A DNA stretch of 64,000 nt, from assembly GCF_009914755.1 (NCBI RefSeq), contig NC_060926.1. The stretch is one strand, 5' to 3'. Below, piece after piece: positions 53,759 to 64,000 of the stretch. Under the pieces are notes generated by a model. That model had not been told where the DNA came from. It worked only from the letters and a program-made list of their open reading frames with translations, and did not search any database. Position numbers and translations under genes: made by a program. The first letter of the stretch is position 1. The number at the start of each line of letters is the position of its first letter. This stretch comes from the human T2T-CHM13v2.0 reference genome, Homo sapiens.

Positions 53759-56519
53759 TCTTGTTAACCAATTGCAGTTGAAGATGCAGGTATTTGAATA
53801 TTATATACACACATATGGCACATTTAACTTAGTATAATTTGTGCATTAAAGTAAAAATCGAGTCATCTACATTTCCATTCACTGAAGGAAACATCTAGGC
53901 ATAATTTCAGTAAACAAACTGGGGAGTGGAACGTTATAACATGTGCATAATTCAATTTATTTGAAATTGACTGTAAGTCCTCATTAGGCCTTAAGTCCCT
54001 TTTCAGGTGAACTATGTCTCACATTTACTGTTGCATTTCTAGTTTTTAATATCTTGTATACTGTAGGTCTCTAATAAATAGATGCATGAGTAGTTTTATT
54101 TGTTTCATATATTTTTGGGAATTCAGCCTTCAGTTATCCTGAAATTTTAATACAGTGTTGAAGTCCCATTGTGAGGTCAGGAGAGTCTGTATGTATGTAA
54201 AGATAGACATCTCTCTAAATCTTTTGTTCCTTTCTGTAATAAGTATTAGGAATATAATGCACTTCAGAGTAAAAGTCCAGATGCTGACAAGCTACTTTTA
54301 ACCTTGTGATTCTGGATGGTCTGATTATAGAGTCCATTTCCAAACTTCCTTTCACTACACAGGAGCCTGGAGATGAATTAAAAATTACCTGATGCTCTGA
54401 ATTGACATTTCACAGTGCAGTATCATAACATATTGTAAGAAGAGATGCTACACACGAATTTTTAAACGATTAAAAATATATCTCTACTGATGCAAGAAAG
54501 GAACTTTATGAATGTAACATTTTCTCAAAATTGGTCTCATAAATGAAGATCAAAAACCTTTAGTCAAGTGGAAGCCAATTTAGAGTTGTTACTGTCAAGC
54601 ATCTATAACTTTTCAAATAACCAAATGCTATTGCTAACATCAGGCTGTAGAATTTAAATTTTCATAAATTCGACTATGGAGCCTACTTCATTGCCGGACT
54701 AGAATGACAAATACATGATAACCTACATGGGATAATTCTTTAATATTGTTGTTTGGGGTTGACAATGAGAATCCACCCATTGACTGAGTTCCAACTCTTT
54801 TCCAGGCACTTAATTTTTACTCACTGAAATACTTGTCACAGCCACCTTATAAAGTAAAAATTATTATTTATGCCCATTTTCTATAGAGTATACTGAAGCT
54901 CAGGGAGCTTAAGTAGTTTTCTCAGTGACATGGATGGTAATTGGTCAAATCTGTTTTGAAAAGTTCCTCAGACTCTGCAGCCTGCATTCCTATGACTGAG
55001 CTATGCTAATTAGCAAGAGACAGAGGCCTTTGGTACACACCTTTTTATCAGGGAAAAGACTTCTTGTGAATAAATAAACACTAAGTCGTATCAGTATACA
55101 ACTAAATCGGCCCTAACGCAAGGAAATCCTTAATGATAGCATCATTATGACTCTCTTAAACTATTTCACTGGAAAGGGAATTTTTAACTCTGGGGCTTTG
55201 AGAGCTGGACTCAGTCTGAAGGAGCTGATAACATCAAGGATTTGTGCTGGCAAGGGCAAGTGCAGTTGCTCCACTATGGAGATCATAGGTTGGCCCTACA
55301 GCTCTTTCCTTACAAAAAAATCTATAGAAGGTGATTTTTATGGCATTATCTCTCTTGCAATAGACAGTGAGGAAATCCTCAATTGTTCTATTTCTACAGT
55401 TTCGTGGATCAGAGTACAATTCTTGCTTCCTTCGTGTTTAGGCTCCGGAAAGGGATTTATCATGAGAGCAAACAAATAAAAAGAGGTAGTTCAGATAAGA
55501 CAAAAGACAAAAGAAATAGAAGTATGCCCCAGAGGAGTAGATTTACTATTTATTCTTTCCTGCTTTTGACATGAGATCTATACCATGATCTTTGGCCCTG
55601 ACTACATTCTGGACACACATTTTATATAGTGTTTGTGCCTTAGGGGAACAGTGGCTACTATGCCTCCTACCTGTTATCATTAATTTTTCTTTTTCAAAAA
55701 AAAGTCAATGAACCATATTTCTTAAAAACATTCACCAAGCTCCTCAGAGAAAATGGTTTACTCTGCTAGAAGTTATGTCTCAAGATCTCCCCTCTACCCC
55801 AGACAAACTAATCTCCATCATTATGACAATTCTCCCATACTTACACTTGATGACAGGTCACAAATTTATGAAGTTGACTGAGTTATGGCTCAACAATTTA
55901 GTCTTTATTTTCTTTGGGGAGAAAAATGATATGAAATCATATAAGATAAAAATTTTGGAGCAATAAATCACTCAATTTGAAATAAACATCAGTACAGGAC
56001 ATAAAGATGTCATGAAACATTTCCACCCAATTGTTTAATCCACCCTCTTAGTCAAGTCCAGAGTATGACATTATCTTTCTTTTCTGCTTTGTGAAGCCAA
56101 GCTCATGTTTGAAATGAGTTTAAAAACAAATGAATTTCAGACTTACAGAATGTTCATCTTTTAGTGTTGTTATTAAGAAAGTTAATGAAAACAGTATTCT
56201 TACCCTGATGCTCCAGGAAAGGCATTAGATCCAAATGAGTACATAACATTCCATCATTCTAATTTCGAGGTTGATATGGATAGCCAATGAAATCCTACAA
56301 TTGCAAATTGCTTCAAAGTATTTCACCATAATGACTAGACTGCAATTTTGATGGGTTACTGATAAACACCAAAAATTAATAATAAGGAAATAGATGAAAT
56401 CACTTGCATTATTGTATTCAATACAATCTTAGTAATTAATATAATTTGGTCATAATATATTCATTTGTGAACTTACCATATGCCTATTATGCATAGAGCA
56501 CTGTGTAAAGCACTGGAAA

Positions 56520-58610
56520 TTTGTATTTGTTCAACAAATAATTACTGAGTACTTCTCTGAATAGAATATTACTGCAGAACTGGGGATATAACAGTAAAAA
56601 GTCACACATGAAAAAGGCCTCCCTTCATGAAACACATTCTAATGGAGAATAGGCAAAGCACATGATAAATAAATTAGAGTATATTGGAAAGTGTTAAGTA
56701 TTGAAGAGGAAAAATATAAACAGGCAAGGACAGAGACCATTTTAATGAGATGGTGGTGGTGACACTTTAGACTGTCTGTAGGGTAGGCCTCTCATGAAAA
56801 GAAGTGACATTTGAATAAAGATTGGGAAGAAGCCAGGAAATTATCCATGAGGGTGTGTATGGAAAGGGCACACAAGTAGATGGAAAGAAGGGAAACGAGC
56901 TGAGCATTTTGTGGAAGAGTAAGGAGGCCGGGGTCCTTTACTGGATGCTGTGAGGGGGCGAGAGGTAGAAGATTAAGCCAGAGAGATAAAGGGAATGGCT
57001 GATATGGAAGGTCATATGAGGATTCTTGAGAGTCACTGGAGGATTTTAGGCAGAGTAGAGAGCTGATCTGATTTGGGAGGACGACTCTGACTATTGTGAT
57101 AAGACTAGAATGCAAAAATAAATAATTTATGGTCCTAATGAACTCACACTTCATTTGAAAAGTTGAAAAGGATATGGATTCAGCGTAGTGAGATAAGTTC
57201 TATTAGAGTACAGAGGGTTGATAGTAACGGGTAAGACTCCTGCTCACTCCTCAGCCTACTCCAATCTGGCTTCTAGCCCTGTCATTACACTGAGACAATT
57301 CTTGAAAGGATTCTGATGACTTTTAGGTTGCCAAGCTCCATGTCCTTCCTCTAGCCTCATCTTACTTGACTTTTCTGCAGCAATTGTAACATTTTATATC
57401 GCCCTACTTCTTGAAATACTTTCTTCCCTTGTTGACCATGGCTCTACCTTGTCCATATTTTTTTCTTGTTTCTCTGGGTAGGCACTCACTTTTCAGGCTC
57501 ACTTTCCTCTCCCTAGTAATTGGGTCTTACAATTTCTGTCCATAGCAGCCACATTAACAACTCCAAAGGGCTCACTCACAACATAGTTCAAGGGACTGGT
57601 GGTTTTTTGAAGTTGTATATTGCTGTCTTGAGCTGCCTAAAATGAATAACTCATTTCTGTCTTATTTTTTGTCTCCTTGTTTTGATTTTCTTTACATAAA
57701 CAATTTTAACCATGCATGAGGCTTCAAATAGGACTTAATTGCAAGTTTATGTTTCCATCCAGGATTCTTTGTTGTGTAACATACTCATATTCAGTTGACT
57801 GCTTGACATCTCTGGTTAAGTGTCTTGAATACGCCTCAAGTTTATAATGTCCCAAGGTGAACTCAAGGGCCTCCTTTTGTACAGGGTTCTTCTCCAGTGT
57901 TCTCTGGCTTGATGGATAACACTACCACCCATGCATCCTGCTATGCAAGACAGAAACTTAAGTATTCTTCTGGATGCCCCTCACTTGCGTACCCTCCAAA
58001 TCCAACTCATTATTTATTATCCAATCTATTGATATTTTTCCTCAAGCCATCACCATAGTCCATGTGACCATCGTCTCCTGCCCTTTCTTCCTCCAGGAGT
58101 TTTTTCTCCTTACTACAGTCACAGAGATTTTCTAAACTGTTAATTGAGTCATGTCACCAATCACCTACCTGTTTAGAACACTTTAATGGATTTCCTTTTT
58201 TATCTTAGAGAAACATGATCATAGTCTTTCAGTTTCCAAATATCCTAACCATTGCCTACTTCCCCAAGCTCCTCTTTCTCTTAGGCTTTCTTCCTCTTTC
58301 CACTTTACATTCAAACTGCTACTAGCCTTTTAAAATGTTTTTGAACAGGGCTGTTACGCATATGAGTTGCTCTACCAAAGACGTGGTGCTTCTTTCTTCT
58401 ATTTCTCATGCAAACATATTAGCTTCTACTTTATTCTAGATTTTAGCATAGTTATTACATCTTCTTCTAACCCTGCCTTCAATTCCCAGGTGAAATAAAT
58501 TACCCTTTATAAGCTCTCATAGTATATATACCTCTCCTGCAGAGAACTTTTCATTGAGACCTAGACTGCTGCCAAGCACAGTGCAGGTCCTCAAAAATAA
58601 TTGCTCAATA
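56520..58610. mobile_element. Degenerate L2 fragments in both orientations
   Basis: ttcaacaaataattactgag, gacatttgaataaagatt, ctgcttgacatctct motifs; boundaries approximate. Confidence 0.55.
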
Positions 58611-58897
58611 TAAGGCAAGAGGATTTTTTGGCAGGTGGTGCCATGCTCTTATTTAACCAGGATATCAGATGATACCGTCATTTATTTACATATTTTTCTG
58701 AAGCAAATAATCACTGAACTACATCAAGTATCGATGACTATCTGGACCTTGAAATTTTAGGCAAAAATATTACTTATAGGGTTTATTTGGGATATTTAAT
58801 ATTTTAATTAGATTTGAAAATATTATGGAGACAAGTTAAAACATAATGTGCTTAGGAGCTTGTTTCGAAGGTTACACAGGTGTTGCTTGTACTCTAA

Positions 58898-59207
<310 letters not shown>

Positions 59208-60373
59208 AGAACTACCAAGTTCTAACTGTGATTCTAGACAAAAATTTCCATGCTTCACTTTCTCCTTCTACAAAGTTTCAGTGAATGTTAAAAAGTGAAA
59301 ATACACAAATAAAACATAGTTAACATACACCCGACTAGCTCTTCAAAAACATTAGTTCTGTTTTCCTGCACTTCCCACATGTTGATAGAATTTCTCCTTC
59401 TCAAGTGTTCTTACCAGTTAAGGCAGTGCTTCTTTGGCTTCGGATACAGCATAACGTTTTTGTCTGTAAAGATCTTCTCTCCCTGAATCTGATAAACTTA
59501 AATTTAATAGCATGTACACAAAGTGACATAGATCAAGCAGGAGAAGCTAGACAGGATTCTCCACACCACTGTTGAGGAAAGGAAGGCATAATGCCATCAC
59601 CTGCAATTAGAAAAGTTGTCTGAGCCATTACAAGGCATTTTCAAGTCTCCCATAACATTTTAGCACCTGTAGGAAAGCTTCTCTTTGTAAGCAAAAGGTT
59701 AATAGCTGTGCTTCTCCAGCTGTTTCACGTGGGCCAGATGTCTGAGTAGCCCAAACTACTTAACTGCATATTAGTGGCACATAAACTGCAGGCTGCCGCT
59801 TGTCAGAGAGTTGTTAATTTCCATAGAATGTTGCACTGAAAGTCATTACTATGTGAATTACAACAAATTTGTTAAGGAGGTTATGGTAAGCATTGGTACA
59901 AGGATTAGTGCGTTTGAAAAAAAAATAGAAGGTTCATCCTCTACGTGATCTGAGCGACTCTCTAAGGTCTTAGTCACACACACACATGCCCCATGCTTTA
60001 TTTTGTGTCTGAGTTTTAGCTTCCACAGGTTGCCAGTATCCATGTATTGTGTGTGGCCAAGACATCCTATCAAAACTGAATTGTATAAAATGTCAAAAAT
60101 CTTATGAAACTTGTTAGATGTTTATGCTTATTGAGGATATTTTGTTATGATAGTCAACCATAATATGGAGTTCTATAACTTAAAAATAACGATCAGTGCA
60201 TGTACTGAATTCAAACTAAGCTTCAGATTCAGTACTCAGTTTTCTAAGTGTTTATCTCTTGTAGGATAGGGTCTGCAAGGTGAATCTATGGGTCACATCT
60301 CACATATGGCCCATTCTCACACACACCATCTCATGTAATCCTGGTAATGTTTGCAAAAGGCCATTGTCGTCGT

Positions 60374-60550
60374 CTTCTTCTTCTTCTTCTTCTTCTTCTT
60401 CTTCTTCTTCTTCTTCTTCTTCTTCTTCTTCTTCTTCTTTCTTCTTCTTCTTCTTGTTCTTCTTCTTCCTCTTCCTCTGCTTTCTTCTTCTTCTTCCTCT
60501 TCCTCTTCTTCTTCTTCTTCTTCTATCTTCTTCTTCCTCTTTTTTTTTCT
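60374..60550 (+). repeat. (CTT)22 pure repeat plus degenerate TTC/TCC polypyrimidine tract
   Basis: Pure run 60374-60439 counted directly; very few purines through 60550. Confidence 0.97.
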
Positions 60551-61649
60551 GAAGGTGGAACAGACCTAGAAGCTGGAGTTCAGTGTTTGTTGGTGACACA
60601 GGATTTTAACTTCACATTTATGACTTCACAGTCGCTGATATTAGTGTTGATTTTTTTGTGGATTAGTATAGAGTATTTTTCTACAACTACTGATATCAGA
60701 CAATTGCCAGAATGAGGATTTTGTTGGCAGGGCTAGCAAGGAGGAAGGGGAGCATTTCAAAGCTGTGTCCAGCTGAATGAGACTGCCTAGGGCTTAAGGG
60801 GGCAGCCTCACTCAGGGAGGTTCTAATGATCAGTCCCTTCTCCTTGACCAATGTGTGTGTGCATTTGCCCCAATAAACAGTCCTGGTCATTTTGACCGAA
60901 GATATTTTTGAATTAGTCTTATATGCTATCTACATAAATTGATGCTATGTAACCACTACATACAATGGAGTACTATTCAGCCATAAAAAAAGAATGAGAT
61001 CTTGTCATTTGAAACAAGATAAATGAAACTAGAGGTCATTATGTTAAGTGAAAAACCTATAATTTTAAAACAGAATTGTTCTTTTAATGAGACTTAAGGA
61101 ATATTAATTTTATTTTTAAAATTTCACAGGGAGAGGAGAGCTAAAGTAAGTGTGTGTGTGTGTGTGTATGCATACAAACATAGGTGGAAGATTTGCTAAT
61201 GGCAGATAATTATTTTTCCTTAATTACCTCACTTAGTTATTTTATTTAAACATTGAAACAATTTTGCTAAGTCGGTATTATCTACATTTTATAGAAACAT
61301 TTAGAAAATGTGAATACCATGCCTGGGGTTGAAAATAGAGCATTTTGTTTTGCTTTCTTTCACCTTCTTCACTTTGCTTCTTAAAGGATATAATCTTCTT
61401 TTTAATCAATTGTGGTATAACATATATATTTTAATTATAATAGAAATGTTTATTTCATATGTTGTGATCATAAAAACTTGGAAAATAAAAATAGAAACAA
61501 ATTCAAATTACGATTTGTAGTTTCTTTTTTTTAACATGTCATATAGCTTATTGCTTATTTCTGAAAAAAAAATTGTCTTGGAACCTTCCAAGTTGCTGCC
61601 CACTCTGAAATGTTTTACTCTATACAGCCTTTGTTTGGGGCATGTAACT

Positions 61650-62398
61650 TTCTTTCTTTTTTTATTATTATACTTTAAGTTCCAGGGTACATGTGCACAA
61701 TGTGCAGGTTTGTTACGTGTGTATACATGTGCCATGTTGGTGTGCTGCACCCATTAACTCGTCATTTACATTAGGTATATCTCCTAATGCTACCCCTCCC
61801 GCCTCCCCCAACCCCACAACAGGCCCCGGTGTATGATGTTCCTCTTCCTGTGTCCAAGTGTTCTTATTGTTCAATTCCCACCTATGAGTGAGAACATGCA
61901 GTGTCTGCTTTTTTTGTCCTTGCCATAGTTTGCTGAGAATGATGGTTTCCAGCTTCATCCATGTCCCTACAAAGGTCATAAACTCATCATTTTTTATGGC
62001 TGCATAGTATTCCATGGTGTACATGCGCCACATTTTCTTAATCCAGTCTATCATTGTTGGACATTTGGGTTGGTTCCAAGTCTTTGCTATTGTGAATAGT
62101 GCCGCAATAAACATACGTGTGCATGTGTCTTTATAGCAGCATGATTTATAATCCTTTGGGTATATACCCAGTAATGGGATGGCTGGGTCAAACGGTATTT
62201 CTAATTCTAGATCTTTGAGGAATCGCCACACTGTCTTCCATAATGGTTGAACTAGTTCACAGTCCCACCAACAGTGTAAAAGTGTTCCTATTTCTCCACA
62301 TCCTCTCCAGCACCTGTTTTTTTCCTGACTTGTTAATGATCGCCATTCTAACTTGTGTGAGATGATATCTCATTGTGGTTTTGATTTGCATTTCTCTG
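61650..62398 (-). mobile_element. 5'-truncated L1PA (L1PA4/5-like)
   Basis: ORF 61713-62231 begins as L1 ORF2p C-terminus (WRFLKDLELEIPFDPAIPLLGIYP) and then frameshifts; L1PA 3'UTR present. Confidence 0.93.
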
Positions 62399-63219
62399 TG
62401 GTATAATATATCTTAAGAGTCTTGTGTCTGTCATTACAACTTAAATAAACTTATTAGAATTGTAAACTTAAGCATTTACATGTATTTTACCTAGATATTG
62501 AAGTATTCAGTCTTTAGAAAAAATGATAAAGAGGGGGAAAACATTAGTACAAAATAAGATATACTAACAAAAGTTTGAAACGATACAAATGAGGCAATTT
62601 ACCAGTTACCTAAGAATGCACAAATGCATTAAACTAACAGGGATGTGTTTTAATAGCTGTGATATTTTAAGAAGTGCCGATACAGCTATTCCATTTCTTA
62701 TTCAGGTATCTCTAAGGCACTTCTAGGTACACATAACTGGGAGAAAATTTTAAAAACCAACCAAACAAAAGAAAACTTTTCCTATCTGTTCCAAACACAC
62801 ATGACAGACAGATTAAAATCTATTTTATGTTAAAAATATAATTGCCTTTAAAAAGGAGAGAGGAAATATCTGCTAATACCAAAGACAAAGGGTAAATAAA
62901 TTTAATGCCTATGAGGGGGGGAAGAAGGCAGATTTTCCACAAAGTAACAGCGATTACTTTGACAATAGATTTTATCACTAAAAATAAATAAGGTCAATAA
63001 ACTATTATCCTTAAAGTATTCAGTTTAGAATCCTTTATGATAGTTATACCATTATACTATGTGGTGGGTGTCAGAGTGAAGGCATTTAAGAAATATAAAG
63101 ACTATAAAAGCTTATTATCCACCCATCTGGAAAGGACCACTAAGGTTGTAGCTGAGGAAACAATACTGTAGTTTAAAAAAGTAAGGTTCAAAATAAAATC
63201 TTAACAGCAAAGTGTTGAA

Positions 63220-63735
63220 ACATGCTTTATTAGTTTTTCAATACTGTGGTAATACAAACTACCACACATGTAGTAACTTAAAATTAACCCAGATTTTTTA
63301 TCTTATAGTTCTGGAGGTCTAAAGTCCAAAATCCTTCTCACTGGGCCAAAGTCCAGGTGTTGGCAGGACTGGCATTTTGGGAATAACCTTGGATAGAATT
63401 CTTTTTCTTGCCTGTTTCAGCCTCTCAATTCTACTTGTAATTCTTAGGTTTTTGCTCCTATCTCCATCTTCAAAGCCAGCAGTGGTGCATCTTTTAACCT
63501 CCGTGACTTCTGCTTTCATGGCCACATCTCCTTGTCTCACTCTTTTGCCTCCTTCTTTTCTGTATAAGAGCCTTTGGGCCCATGCACATAATTCAGGACA
63601 GTCTCTCCATTGAAATATCCTTAATTTAATCACATTTTCAAAGTCTTTTTGCCATGTAAGGTAACACGTTTACAGTTTCCACAGATTAGGGGGACTAATC
63701 CAACTTTGGGGGACTACTTATTCTGCCTACCACAC
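63220..63735 (-). mobile_element. MLT1-type LTR
   Basis: tatcttatagttctggaggtctaaagtccaaaat...ccatgtaaggtaacac...ctgcctaccaca. Confidence 0.75.
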
Positions 63736-63829
63736 ATATTGATAGAGCTAAAAAAAAGTACTATACAAAAAAAAAGAACAGTGATCCTGTTTTTTTTTAA
63801 AACAGAGCAAGAGAGAGGAACTACATTAG

Positions 63830-64000
63830 TAATGTTAGTAAATAAACATCAAACTAACTGTAAAGAAAATAAAAGTTAAAATAAAAGTTAAAAAAGTTAT
63901 TCAAAGTCAAAGTATTAATACACTATTGAGAAAATCAATAGAGCAAAGAGTTGGTCTTTTGAGAAAACAAATATGTTTGATAAACTGCTAGAAAGAATAA
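63830..64000 (+). mobile_element. Old L1M fragment, runs off window end
   Basis: gagaaaatcaatagagcaaagagttggtctttttgag...tgataaactgctag. Confidence 0.55.

Noticed and set aside
60280-60715. PolyE, polyS, polyL and polyF ORFs
   Set aside because: Artefacts of the stop-free TTC repeat

Overview
Primate genomic DNA, most likely hominoid given an AluYe-like and an L1PA2/3-like insertion. It is AT-rich and dominated by interspersed repeats: Alu, L1, L2/MIR, MaLR and ERV1 LTRs, and DNA-transposon fossils. I cannot support any protein-coding exon or name the locus; the long ORFs derive from Alu, L1, THE1 or simple repeats. The main unique feature is a CpG-rich promoter-like patch (~26.55-27.34 kb) followed by well-formed + strand splice signals. 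These lead into a segment carrying an interrupted 27-unit CTG/CAG repeat (29627-29707), which also lies in a 73-aa antisense polyQ ORF. Three short non-tandem local duplications are present, one inserted into the leader of a full-length THE1 provirus. There is also a young L1 without a visible TSD and a long (TTC)n polypyrimidine tract. Repeat subfamily names are from remembered consensus sequences and need RepeatMasker/Dfam confirmation.
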